Virus record (IMG/VR): IMGVR_UViG_3300049930_000030
Span: 1 to 47,250 of that record
Source of the DNA: a virus
Taxonomy: Duplodnaviria; Caudoviricetes
Direction: 5' to 3' (one strand)
DNA: 47,250 nucleotides
Shown here piece after piece: positions 28,567 to 38,108 of the stretch; position 1 is the stretch's first letter; the number at the start of each line of letters is the position of its first letter. The notes beneath the pieces are model-generated. The model was not told the DNA's origin. It made no database searches and worked only from the letters and a program-made list of their open reading frames with translations. A program made the translations under genes and the position numbers.

Positions 28567-29573
28567 CCCGTTTTGCCACCCACCCACGTCCATTCACCCC
28601 GCGTGGGCTTTGTAATCTTACCGGAGTTTTTCAGCTTTTGCAGGAGTCTGCTCACTCGGTTGGACAACACGGGTGCCGAAAGTTTGTCAAATCCTTTACC
28701 GTTGGCTTTGAGGCAAGCTGTCACATCGGCGGTCGTGAGCACCTTGCGCTCGATGAAGAACTGCACAACCGCCTGTTCCTCGTGCGGCAGGGGCTTGCTG
28801 CTTTCGTCCTGGACAACAAGTTCGGCCCGCTCCAAGTCCCACAGGTGGTGGTACGCGAACTCAGGAACCTCGATGCACCGGCGCTTTTGAATGGCGGCAG
28901 TCACAAGGTCATTTTTCTTGTTGTGAGACAAGTTAATCGCCCCGTCCACGCCGTCAAAGATGGCAGTCGAGCCCCGCGCACGGCCGCCGAGCGAGTTGTG
29001 GTGAATCAACAAAATGCCCGGCCCGCTTTGCTCGTCGTTGTTCCCGCGTGTAAACAAAATGTCTCGCAAACCTTTCACACGGTCGATGACCGTGGACATT
29101 TCCGTTGAGCTATCTTCGTCCACGCCAGGGGTTAAGAACCGCAGCGAATCTAGCACGACCAGCCGCGGTTGGAGCTTGAAGATCAGGTCCGCAATCCGGG
29201 CGGCTTCGTTGTCGGTGTTCAAGGTCGCGCCCTGACACACCGCGAAAAACAGGCTGTCGTAAGGCGGGTTGCTGGCCTGCTCCCGCCCAATCAAGAGTTT
29301 GCGCATCTGGCGAACCACGTCCGTGCGCGACGAATCCTCCCCAACGTACAACGCGGTGCCCTGGCGCGTGGGGAAATGCCCCATCCACGCGGCGCCACTC
29401 GCCACGGAAAGGCAGGCGTCAAGCGCGAGGAACGTCTTGCTCGTGTGCCCAAGGCCGCTCACGAGAACGATCGCGCTTTCGGGCAGCACCCCGCCGAGCA
29501 CCCACACTGGCGGTTCCGTGTTCGTGAACAGGTCGGTGAGATTTTCAGCGCAAAGTGGCTGTTTTTGGCTCAT
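28563..29573 (-). CDS. AAA_25 / RepA-like SF4 helicase with C-terminal wHTH
   Basis: Variant Walker A GLGHTSKT, YVGED, Walker B VVLDS, IHH and RGSTA; start MSQKQP. Confidence 0.85.
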   Translation of the reverse strand: MSQKQPLCAENLTDLFTNTEPPVWVLGGVLPESAIVLVSGLGHTSKTFLALDACLSVASGAAWMGHFPTRQGTALYVGEDSSRTDVVRQMRKLLIGREQASNPPYDSLFFAVCQGATLNTDNEAARIADLIFKLQPRLVVLDSLRFLTPGVDEDSSTEMSTVIDRVKGLRDILFTRGNNDEQSGPGILLIHHNSLGGRARGSTAIFDGVDGAINLSHNKKNDLVTAAIQKRRCIEVPEFAYHHLWDLERAELVVQDESSKPLPHEEQAVVQFFIERKVLTTADVTACLKANGKGFDKLSAPVLSNRVSRLLQKLKNSGKITKPTRGEWTWVGGKTG

Positions 29574-29652
29574 TTTTCTTCCCCTCGTGGCTGGTGCGTG
29601 CTGCGCCCGGAGCGCCTGAGTGATTCCCGGCACGTTTCTCGAAAATAAAGCG

Positions 29653-29681
29653 TTGACACTTTGGGTCGCCCCGAGTATTGT
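29653..29681 (+). promoter_or_regulatory. Sigma70-type promoter
   Basis: TTGACA-N17-TATTGT. Confidence 0.75.
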
Positions 29682-29711
29682 GGTTCTTGTCTCGAAAGTC
29701 AAGGAGGGAAC

Positions 29712-30551
29712 GTGGAACCAATCTCAATCGTGGTGGCCGGCGCTTTGCTCGTGTGGGCCTTCCTGGCCCGCGACCGACGTGAACAACGACGACGAACGGA
29801 GGGACTGGTTGTGAACAACGAGAGAGACAAACTGTACCGCCTGTCAAAGCGTACCGGAGAATATGTAAAGGTCGGCCTTGAATGGCGTCCTTCATATCGT
29901 TGTATCTGGGCGAGTGATGTTGACCCCCGCGGCGTTAACGTCCAGACGATTGACTATTGGGTCGGCCCTGACTTCCAACACGTCCCCGTCAAGGACAAGA
30001 TCGACCAGTTGACGGCCGACTTGAAGGCGGCGCACACCCGCGAGAGCGATGCGTGCGCAGTGATTCGTGAGTTGAAGGATGCACTACGCACGGAAAAAAT
30101 GTCCCGTGACAGCCAGATCATGGAGCATGTGATGTTCCACGGGTACATTGATACCAAGACGCACGCCTCCGTTGTTGCCGAGCGGGACGGGTTGAAAGCC
30201 GCCCTCACCGCCGCCCTTGCCGAACGCAACGCCGCCCGGCGAGAGGCGAGCGACGCGCGTAATGCGAACCTGGCGAGCACGATGATGTTTGATAATTTCT
30301 CGTCCAACTGCATCCGGCAGCATGTCACAGATGCCTGGCTGGCCGAGTTCAACGAGAACAATTGCCTTGCCAAGTTGTACCTTGACCAGCAGGTGCAGCA
30401 GCCCATCCCAGGGCGTGTGTACGAGGCGTTTCCGTACCCGTACAAGGGCGGTACTTGGACAACGCCCCCCGCGAAAGTTGACGAGTCGTGGGGCAAGAAA
30501 CTCGAACGTTGGGTGGCGTGTATGCCCAAGCGAGGCACGGAGGGCAAGTGA
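29712..30551 (+). CDS. N-terminal TM plus coiled-coil hypothetical protein
   Basis: GTG start after AAGGAGG. Confidence 0.7.
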   Translation: MEPISIVVAGALLVWAFLARDRREQRRRTEGLVVNNERDKLYRLSKRTGEYVKVGLEWRPSYRCIWASDVDPRGVNVQTIDYWVGPDFQHVPVKDKIDQLTADLKAAHTRESDACAVIRELKDALRTEKMSRDSQIMEHVMFHGYIDTKTHASVVAERDGLKAALTAALAERNAARREASDARNANLASTMMFDNFSSNCIRQHVTDAWLAEFNENNCLAKLYLDQQVQQPIPGRVYEAFPYPYKGGTWTTPPAKVDESWGKKLERWVACMPKRGTEGK

Positions 30552-31522
30552 TCGTTACCATCAGCGCGGTCAAGGAATTCCAACTCTGCCCGCAGAAGTG
30601 GGCGCACGGCTACTTGAACGGGCGGGTACCCGCGGTAGACCCGGTGCCGTTCACGGGCGGCAAACTGTGGCACTCGTTTGTTGAGGGCTCACTTGCCGGC
30701 GACGACAAGCCCGCGCTTCTCGACGCGCTCCGGGCGAAGATGGAAGTCGCCGCCAACGAGCTTGACGCGCGCAACCTGTTCGACAAGGCCAACGACCTTC
30801 GCGCGACCTGGCGGTTCATGGAGCAAGCCGCACCGCACTGGGGCGACCGCTTCACGGGGGCCACGTTGGCGGTCGAAACCGCGATCACGGCACCGTTGGG
30901 CAACCTGCCGAACGGTGAACTTGTGCAAATCGCCGGCATCCCGGACCGTGTACGTCGCATCGGGGGCAAGCTCGTTCACACGCAGACGCGGACCTTGAGC
31001 AGCAGCACGCCGATGGCGCCGTACCTTCGAGCGTTCGCGCGCAACACGCACGAGCTTGTCTACGCCTGGCTGATCCAACAGCAGTTTCCGGGTGAGCCGT
31101 ACTTCGGCAGCGAACTTCAAGTGCTGCTCAAGGCGGCCTTGTTCAGCGATCGCAAGTGCTCAAAGGCCAGCACGAAATGGCACGAGAACCGCGAGCGCGC
31201 CGACTGTCCAGAGTGTCACTACGAGGGCCGGGTCCGAACCGAGCTTCGCAAGCCCGAGGAACTGCTGATCCAAGAACTCGTGCCGATTGACGCGCGCCAA
31301 GTTCAGGTCGCTCTGCAAGACGTGATGCAAGTCGCGTTTGGGATGCAACGCGTCCGGGACGGGGAACCGCCCGTGCAGAACCGTGACGCGGACCTTGGCC
31401 GGTTCGGCAATTCGCTGTGCTCGTACTTTGGCGTGTGTTCCGGCGACGACCAACTGACTGACAACACGCTGTTCAAGGACCGGGAAAGCCGGTACGATGA
31501 AGTGCCTGCGGAGGAAACGTGA
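30548..31522 (+). CDS. PD-(D/E)xK Cas4/RecB-like nuclease
   Basis: SAVKEFQLCP.KW, G..WH, AVE, GIPD and C-terminal CSYFGVC; motif III reads QTR. Confidence 0.8.
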   Translation: MIVTISAVKEFQLCPQKWAHGYLNGRVPAVDPVPFTGGKLWHSFVEGSLAGDDKPALLDALRAKMEVAANELDARNLFDKANDLRATWRFMEQAAPHWGDRFTGATLAVETAITAPLGNLPNGELVQIAGIPDRVRRIGGKLVHTQTRTLSSSTPMAPYLRAFARNTHELVYAWLIQQQFPGEPYFGSELQVLLKAALFSDRKCSKASTKWHENRERADCPECHYEGRVRTELRKPEELLIQELVPIDARQVQVALQDVMQVAFGMQRVRDGEPPVQNRDADLGRFGNSLCSYFGVCSGDDQLTDNTLFKDRESRYDEVPAEET

Positions 31523-31651
31523 GCGCGTGGCAAGCCGAGTTTGACGCGGCGTTGACCAGTTTGGAGCGGCGCATGGCGTGCTGCTCCCGGAGCGTCCACG
31601 AGTTTGCAATGGAGGTTGGCGATGTACCGAGAACAACGCCTGGGGGGACCG

Positions 31652-31990
31652 ATGAAAACCTGGTATGACGAAGCTGACGTGAACGCAAAGATTGCGGAAT
31701 CCGAGCAGAAGCTTCTCGCCCGCGTTGCGGAGGCGTTGAGGGAGGGCTACCGGAAAGCTGGTATTGAAGGCTGGCATTCGCCGTGCGGCAAGCACGCTGC
31801 CGATTTCCTCTCTCCCGTGGAAGCCGAGCCGGAACTGCCGACTTTCGACTGGGCGCTGATCGAGAAGAGCATGAGCAGGGATTCACAGACTTTCTCCGAC
31901 CATGCCCTGAGCATTGAGCAGGGCAAGCTTGCCAGCCTCGCCAAGCTCATCATCGCCGGCAAGTACGAAGTCAGGAGAGTGAAGCCATGA
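31652..31990 (+). CDS. Hypothetical protein
   Basis: Coupled ORF in accessory array. Confidence 0.6.
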   Translation: MKTWYDEADVNAKIAESEQKLLARVAEALREGYRKAGIEGWHSPCGKHAADFLSPVEAEPELPTFDWALIEKSMSRDSQTFSDHALSIEQGKLASLAKLIIAGKYEVRRVKP

Positions 31991-32108
31991 GCCTCGATGC
32001 GAAGGAGAGGGAGGTGCTGCGGCGGTTGGTGGCGTGGGAGTCACGTTTCAAGATCGTTTCCACGTGGCCCGAATCGCGCGAGCTGCAAGCCATCGTAGAC
32101 GACGAGCC

Positions 32109-32519
32109 GTGAGCAGGAGCGGATACACCGACGACTGCGATGGAGCGGAATTGAACTTGTGGCGAGGCGCGGTGGAGCGCGCCATCAAGGGCGACCGGGG
32201 TCAACGGCTGATCATGGAAATGCGTGACGTGCTCGATGCCATGCCGGTAAAGCGGCTGATCGCGGAGAGCCTGGTTCAATCGGACGGCGAGGTGTGTGCA
32301 ATGGGCGCGGTTGCCAAGGCCCGAGGCGTGGACGTTTCGCAGATTGACCCGGAGGATCGACTGGCCGTAGCCAAGGTGTTCAACATCGCGCCCGCGCTGG
32401 CCGCTGAAATCGCGTTCATCAACGACGACGATTACTCGTGGGGCCAAGCGACCCCGGAACAACGCTGGCAGCGCGTCCGCAACTGGACTGAAAAGGTTCT
32501 CCGGAGGACTCCATTGTGA
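32109..32519 (+). CDS. Conserved phage hypothetical protein (MSRSGYxDD type)
   Basis: WRGAVERAIKG.RGQ..LDAMP.KRLI..VCAMG pattern. Confidence 0.8.
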   Translation: MSRSGYTDDCDGAELNLWRGAVERAIKGDRGQRLIMEMRDVLDAMPVKRLIAESLVQSDGEVCAMGAVAKARGVDVSQIDPEDRLAVAKVFNIAPALAAEIAFINDDDYSWGQATPEQRWQRVRNWTEKVLRRTPL

Positions 32520-32680
32520 AGACAAAAGTGACATGCCCTCGATGTTCCGGCCCTATCAGCGCATCGAATCTTTTCGGGCGGTGGGTGGTTTCGTGTCTGC
32601 GTGACTGCCTCTCGGGTTTCGCGTGCGGTACAACCAAAGCTAAAGCAATCCGTCGCTGGAACCGGAGGACTCCCTCGTGA
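32516..32680 (+). CDS. Lar-like Zn-finger protein (not in ORF track)
   Basis: CPRCSG...VSCLRDC...AIRRWNRR; GGAGG RBS. Confidence 0.6.
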   Translation: MKTKVTCPRCSGPISASNLFGRWVVSCLRDCLSGFACGTTKAKAIRRWNRRTPS

Positions 32681-32844
32681 CCGCACCGAATCTACTGCCG
32701 TGTCCGTTTTGTGGTAAGGGCGCAAAGATGGACAAGAACGATCTCGGCCTGTTCACCGTTGGGTGTGAGAACTGCGGCGTCAAGGTGGAGTGGATGCTGT
32801 CCGAGCACACAGCAGTTGAACTTTGGAACCGGAGGATGCCATGA
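32677..32844 (+). CDS. Lar-family restriction alleviation protein (not in ORF track)
   Basis: LLPCPFCG...VGCENCG...AVELWNRR signature. Confidence 0.8.
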   Translation: MTAPNLLPCPFCGKGAKMDKNDLGLFTVGCENCGVKVEWMLSEHTAVELWNRRMP

Positions 32845-33866
32845 CGGACACGATCAAGAACGAAGTCAGCGCGGACGACCTGCTGCACGCGATGAACCGG
32901 GCGTTCTACGAGCGCCTCTTTCACGACGAAGGCCGTATGACCGCAGCCTCCGACTCGGCGGGCTTCATCACGACCGTTGGCGGCCAGAAGTTTCAGGTGT
33001 TCGTCGCGGTCCATCGCTACAGCGACGAATTGTTGGCGAGCGATCCAGACACGGGTGGCCTGCTGAGTGAGGTGGCCGCACCAGGGGCTGAAAAGGGATC
33101 GGATGGTTGAAGTTCTATCGCGCGACATGCGGCGGCTAGTCGATCGCCTGAGCCGCGAGTACCCGAAGGAGTGGACCGAGTTCATGCAGACGTTTGGCCG
33201 CGCCGACAGTTTCACGTTCCCGGATGGCACCCGCATTGATCGCGTGAAGGAGAAGTCGTGACCGCACCGAAGTGGATGACGCCATGATGCTTCTGGCTGA
33301 ACTGCTGGCCGAGAACGTTGCCCTCGAAGCCCGGCTCAAGGACTTGGAGCAGATCGCGGAGAGATTCGCGGAGGTAGCCTCCGCCAGCGAAGGGCACCCG
33401 CGAACGCGATGGGCGTGGAAGTTCGACATCCTCAACGACTACAAAGCTTGGAAGGAGCGCAAGTGAAGCAAGGACCGAAGGTGGATCTGCTCGGATTGGC
33501 AGCGATGTGCAGCAAGGCGGGACTCGAAGAAGTCGCGGCGTGGCTCGTGAGCGAATTCAACCGCCGCGAGAGGCGCAAGCGGATGCTCCAGAAGTACGCG
33601 ATGGTGCTGGAGGCGATGGTTGCCGGGATTGATCTTGACCTCGCCTCCGAGGGGAACGAAGGGAGTTCGACGTGACAAAGCCGTGTTCGTCTTGTGGTGG
33701 ACAGCCGCGCTACTGGATCGAGCCGATTCCGAGCGCACGCGACAATGAGCCGTTCTTCACCCACCGGTTGCGCGATGGGATCGCTGTCGTGTGCCACTCC
33801 AACCTCACGCGCTGCGAGCAAGTGTTGCAACTACTGCTCGCCTCCGAAGCCCTGAAAGGGGAGTGA
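32841..33866 (+). other. Run of five small coupled hypothetical genes (32841-33110, 33103-33261, about 33272-33466, 33463-33675, 33672-33866)
   Basis: Overlapping stop/start junctions with purine-rich RBS. Confidence 0.6.
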
Positions 33867-33867
33867 C

Positions 33868-34218
33868 ATGAGAAACGCAAAGATCACGAGCACGATGCTG
33901 GGCGTCGAGGACCACGGCATCTTCACCTTCATGCTGATGCTCGATTTCGGCGACTCGGGGCAGGGCTACGGCGGCTACGCGCTCGACAGTTGGAGCGAGC
34001 CGGTCAAGCGGCGCATCGGCACGGCGTTCGGATGCGAGGCCATCATGCGCGTGCTGGCCGTACTCGAAGTCGCCTCGTGGGAGAAGTTGCCGGGCACGTT
34101 CGTGCGCGTCGAAGGTGGCGGGCTGTTGAACGGCACGATTGACCGTATCGGGCACCCGCTCAAGGACAAGTGGATCGACATGCGCGAGATGGCCCGCTCG
34201 GGAGGACTGACCCCATGA
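33868..34218 (+). CDS. Conserved phage hypothetical protein (NAKITSTMLG.EDHG)
   Basis: GGAG RBS; QGYGGYALD and WEKLPG motifs. Confidence 0.8.
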   Translation: MRNAKITSTMLGVEDHGIFTFMLMLDFGDSGQGYGGYALDSWSEPVKRRIGTAFGCEAIMRVLAVLEVASWEKLPGTFVRVEGGGLLNGTIDRIGHPLKDKWIDMREMARSGGLTP

Positions 34219-34697
34219 GCAAGGAAGTGACGGCATCCCAACTGCGGGAGTGGGGCACAAGGCCGTGGATCAAGGCCGACATCATCGAACTTCGCCACTA
34301 CCTGCTCACCCAGGCCGAGAAGAAAGACTCGACGCCTCCTGCCGAGGGGGAGTTGGCGCAGGCGATTGCGCGGGTGAGAGGCTTCATGGCCGCCGAATGC
34401 GCGGTGCTCGAAAACTCCGACCTTCGCCTCATCCTCGCCGCCGCCGAGCGGGGCATGGAGTTGGACCGATTCGACAGGCGGGCGGCTGACACCTACGTTG
34501 CCCTCGCCCACGAGAAGCAGCGAGCGGAGAAGATGGCCGAGGCAGGCGACATGATGGTCGCGCTGCTCATGCTCGCGCACTACGAGTGCCTTCGAACGCG
34601 GACCGGCGACACCTGCCCCGGAGGTCCGTGCGCCATTCAGCGGGCTCTGAGCGGGTGGTCCGAAGCCCTCACCCCCGAGGGAGAGACGCATGACTGA
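34215..34697 (+). CDS. Hypothetical protein
   Basis: GGAGG RBS; ATGA coupling. Confidence 0.7.
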   Translation: MSKEVTASQLREWGTRPWIKADIIELRHYLLTQAEKKDSTPPAEGELAQAIARVRGFMAAECAVLENSDLRLILAAAERGMELDRFDRRAADTYVALAHEKQRAEKMAEAGDMMVALLMLAHYECLRTRTGDTCPGGPCAIQRALSGWSEALTPEGETHD

Positions 34698-35103
34698 GCC
34701 GGTACTGCCAATCTGTCCACGCTGCGCCTCGCACGTCCCGGAGACGCATGACTGCACGCCGAGCGCGCTGGTCGCGCAGCTAGAGCGCATCGCTACGAAC
34801 CTCGCCGTCAAGGCGGGCAACGTCGGAGAGCGCGATGCCTCGCTCGGATTCGAGATTAACGGGCGGACGGTTGTGATCGCGGGCACGCCGGAGGATTGCA
34901 CGACCGTGCGCGACACGCTCGTTGCGCTGCTAAAGAATCAGGCGATCTCGCGCAACAACGTCTATGGTCTGTACGGCCTGCTGGTCCGCATGACGAAGGG
35001 CGACGAGTCGGCGCAGACCGAGGCGCTGGCGGTCGTCGCACAAGCGGAAGCGAATGGCGGCATCTTCACCCCCGAGGGAGAGACGCGGAGGGAGAAGCCG
35101 TGA
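34690..35103 (+). CDS. Hypothetical protein bounded by a 21-bp direct repeat
   Basis: CxxC..H.C N-terminus; TCACCCCCGAGGGAGAGACGC at 34669 and 35066. Confidence 0.7.
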   Translation: MTEPVLPICPRCASHVPETHDCTPSALVAQLERIATNLAVKAGNVGERDASLGFEINGRTVVIAGTPEDCTTVRDTLVALLKNQAISRNNVYGLYGLLVRMTKGDESAQTEALAVVAQAEANGGIFTPEGETRREKP

Positions 35104-35408
35104 CGATCCGAGAAAAGCTGACGCTGTTGCGCGACGCGATGGTTCGCCTTGGGGTCAAGCCCGAGAGCGATCTCCCATACGGTGCGATTCGCCCCGACGA
35201 CTGCGACCGCCTCCTGCTCGCTCTCGATGTGCTAGAAGCGCACGAATGGCTCGACGCGCATCAATCGACGGTGCTGCGCGCGGCAAAGGGCAAGCCGTGG
35301 ATCGTTACCGACGATAGCACCGCGCGGCCCTACAGCGAGTATCGCGCGGCCACGCTCCCCGAAGCCGTCTCTCAGCTCCGCGCGAAGATCGAAGGGGAGA
35401 AGGGGTGA
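35100..35408 (+). CDS. Hypothetical protein
   Basis: GTGA coupling. Confidence 0.65.
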   Translation: MTIREKLTLLRDAMVRLGVKPESDLPYGAIRPDDCDRLLLALDVLEAHEWLDAHQSTVLRAAKGKPWIVTDDSTARPYSEYRAATLPEAVSQLRAKIEGEKG

Positions 35409-35611
35409 AATACACGTCTGAACAAATTGCGGTTGCCCGCGTCCTGGCTCGGCAGTTAAGATTAAATGCCGAAGCCGAGTCGCACCACGCCCGCGACGAG
35501 TGGAATTGCGAACACGGGTGTGGGCATCCGATTCCCGGAGTCAAGCACCACGGCGACGGAATTCACGGCTGTGACGGTTGTTGTTCCAAACCCACGGAGG
35601 TTTCAAAATGA
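35405..35611 (+). CDS. Small Cys/His-rich protein
   Basis: CEHGCGHP...HGCDGCC. Confidence 0.65.
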   Translation: MKYTSEQIAVARVLARQLRLNAEAESHHARDEWNCEHGCGHPIPGVKHHGDGIHGCDGCCSKPTEVSK

Positions 35612-36225
35612 AGGTTTCCCTGCTGCTCGCGTTGCTGTTGCTTCCCTTGACCTACCAGCCCACGCTCGCCGGGGAGTGTACCTCCATCACCGGCAAGACT
35701 CATCTCGGGGCGGGCTTCTACTTCGGCACCAGTTGCCCCAAAAATCCAAACTGCGTCCCCGACAACATCATCCAGTCGCCCGCGCTCAACGTCTCTTTCC
35801 CCAACAACGCGGGGACGGCGTACCTGGCTCCCGGATGGGCCGAGACTGCGGACTTTGACGCCAACGGCGACTGTGCCCATCCCCAAGCATGGCGGGTCCA
35901 CGCCTTCGGCACCGTGACCTACAACGATGGGGCAGGTCTTGCCTACACCGGGCAGGCGGCGTTCGATGTCTGGTATGCCGACACGACCGAGGTGGCCCTT
36001 CCTTCACAGACCGAGTGCTGCTGGATCGGAACCTACCCCCTTGCTCACCCCATCAATCGCTTCATCTACCGGCTCAAGATTCGCTCGTGCGGTTCCTCCC
36101 ACGTCCCGACGAACCGCTTCATCGCCTACGGCTGCGACTCCTGCATTGAGCCGGTGTGGATCAACGACCCCAACTGCCGGTTCGCCAACATGAACTGGAT
36201 CGGCCTTTCAATCTCGGGCTTTTGA
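35608..36225 (+). CDS. Secreted Cys-rich protein
   Basis: Signal peptide MKVSLLLALLLLPLTYQPTLA; many Cys; GGAGG RBS. Confidence 0.75.
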   Translation: MKVSLLLALLLLPLTYQPTLAGECTSITGKTHLGAGFYFGTSCPKNPNCVPDNIIQSPALNVSFPNNAGTAYLAPGWAETADFDANGDCAHPQAWRVHAFGTVTYNDGAGLAYTGQAAFDVWYADTTEVALPSQTECCWIGTYPLAHPINRFIYRLKIRSCGSSHVPTNRFIAYGCDSCIEPVWINDPNCRFANMNWIGLSISGF

Positions 36226-36226
36226 C

Positions 36227-36391
36227 ATGCCGCCCGAACCCTGTGACCACGAGTACACGGGAGAGTTCTTTGGCGACGGAAACGTTTGTGTCCTCTGCGG
36301 CCACGAGGACGATCGAGAGCCGGTTGGATGCCCGGAGTGCGGCTGGTTCTCTAACTGCGCTTGCCGCTACGGGGCACCGTCCGATGATTAG
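36227..36391 (+). CDS. 54-aa Zn-binding peptide (not in ORF track)
   Basis: CDH...CVLCG...CPECG..CAC. Confidence 0.55.
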   Translation: MPPEPCDHEYTGEFFGDGNVCVLCGHEDDREPVGCPECGWFSNCACRYGAPSDD

Positions 36392-36944
36392 ACGGTGGGG
36401 CGCCGACATTCTGATTGCGTTGTTCCTGTTGCTCGGGGCGGTGGGCCTGTCGTGCCTTGCCCGGAGCGCCCCCCTGGTCCACTACGTTCCCGTGTCGTAC
36501 AGTGTTCTGGACGACCAGCCGCAAGAGGCTGACCCCTTCTCGTACCCGCAACTGTGGGTGCGCGACGAGGGCTTGCACAAAATCAACCTGGCCGGGGTGC
36601 GGTTTGCGGTATGGTCGCCACCTATGAAGGGCGCATGGATGAACCCGAAAGCCCACATGACGGTGAGTTTAAACTACTGGGGTGTCGAGGACGCTCCGGG
36701 GCAAGCACTAGTGGTGTCAGGCTTTCAAGACCCCACTCGCTCGTTCATGCCGGGTGTGAGCACAGACAGCACGAGCACGATCGACCCGGTGGGCTCGGGC
36801 GCTGTTGTGACGAGCATGACCGACAGCACGTTGACCGTCAAAGCCTGGTGGCGCTTGACCAACCCGACGTGGCCCACGGCTTGGACCGACACGACGTACA
36901 AAACGCTGGTCCCAGAAGGTTGGCAGCGTGTCGGACAACCTTGA
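36384..36944 (+). CDS. Secreted or membrane-anchored protein
   Basis: MIRRWGADILIALFLLLGAVGLSCLARSA signal-like N-terminus. Confidence 0.7.
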   Translation: MIRRWGADILIALFLLLGAVGLSCLARSAPLVHYVPVSYSVLDDQPQEADPFSYPQLWVRDEGLHKINLAGVRFAVWSPPMKGAWMNPKAHMTVSLNYWGVEDAPGQALVVSGFQDPTRSFMPGVSTDSTSTIDPVGSGAVVTSMTDSTLTVKAWWRLTNPTWPTAWTDTTYKTLVPEGWQRVGQP

Positions 36945-37063
36945 CGCGCTGCTTGCGCTCTGTCACGATGCAGAACCAATGGTTCGTGCCAGCGTAGGCG
37001 CCCCGCTGCTTCGGGCAAACTGGTTGAAGGTCTACCACAAGCTGCTCAAGGACGGAGTGTTCA

Positions 37064-37939
37064 ATGCTAAACCAATGCCTGACAAACTGGTCCGGGACAT
37101 GGACGCCCGAGCAGGTGGCGACCAGCCCGCCCCCCGCACTCGTGTCATGCAGCCCGGCGCGGGTGGGCCGGCCAGTCCTGCTCGCCGGCAAGACGTTGAT
37201 CGGTACGCAAGCAGCCGTGGAACTTTGGGATGGCCGACCGGCCGGTAGTCCCGGCGAGTTCAAGTACGACGTTGCGACCGAGGCAATGGACCGCGGCTTC
37301 GACTTGTTTGCTCTCGTGGGCAAGGACGGCCTGACCTACACGGGCAAGCGATGGCTGACCTACGATGGCGGTCATACGACCACCTTTGCGTTGAACCTGG
37401 CACGGTCGGAAGTCGCCCGTTGGTTCGCCGCGAAACTTGTCAAGCACTTCGGGTGGGCAGATGGCTGGCATTGCGACTACTTCGGCCCGCCCGGCTGGAT
37501 TGGACAAAAGTTGTACGCTGGCCCCGTGGGCGGGGAAGCCTTCTGGTGGCAGTACCAAGCTGGCCTCAACCGCACGATCCACGAGTTCCGGGGGCTCCGC
37601 GGCAACCAGCCGACCACGGTGATCGGGCAGCAGTGGCACAACATGCGCGGACAGATTGACATGATTCAGTTGAACGGCCGGTTTGTGGAAGTGAGGCCGT
37701 GGCTGTGGGGAACCTACCCGTGGCAGGCGTTTCACCAAGCGCAGCTTGACGCTTTCGCCAGCTACCAGCGATACTGGGGCGCGGGCGCACCGCAGCACGT
37801 TTTCGAGCTTCGCTACCCCACGGCCGAGGAACCGATTGACGTGAAAGAGTTTCTTGCTTTCTGCACCACGAATAATATTGTCGTGTCCTGGGGACGTGAA
37901 CAGCAGGCCGGAGTTGGTTGGCGTGGAGGTACGCCGTGA
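37064..37939 (+). CDS. Putative glycoside-hydrolase-like TIM-barrel protein
   Basis: LNLARSEVARWFA...ADGWHCD and NGRFVE resemble GH barrel motifs; Trp-rich. Confidence 0.45.
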   Translation: MLNQCLTNWSGTWTPEQVATSPPPALVSCSPARVGRPVLLAGKTLIGTQAAVELWDGRPAGSPGEFKYDVATEAMDRGFDLFALVGKDGLTYTGKRWLTYDGGHTTTFALNLARSEVARWFAAKLVKHFGWADGWHCDYFGPPGWIGQKLYAGPVGGEAFWWQYQAGLNRTIHEFRGLRGNQPTTVIGQQWHNMRGQIDMIQLNGRFVEVRPWLWGTYPWQAFHQAQLDAFASYQRYWGAGAPQHVFELRYPTAEEPIDVKEFLAFCTTNNIVVSWGREQQAGVGWRGGTP

Positions 37940-38108
37940 GCGAGTGTTTGCACGAAGGGTCGTTGGGCTTTCACAGCGAGTCGTACTACGACGGCTTTGC
38001 GTGTGACTGGTGCGGCGCCGTTGGTGAAGCCGAGAATCACGATCTAGACGAGCCGGACGAGGACGAGTGGGTGAACGAGGGCGGGCCTCCGTCACGGAAC
38101 GGCAACGG

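Noticed and set aside
30548-31522. CRISPR-Cas system suggested by the Cas4-like gene
   Set aside because: No repeat-spacer array or other cas genes seen; solo Cas4-like nucleases are common in phages
36928-37248. 106-aa ORF between the exported protein and the glycosidase-like gene
   Set aside because: More than half overlaps 37064..37939 and it has no motif; it may be real but cannot be supported
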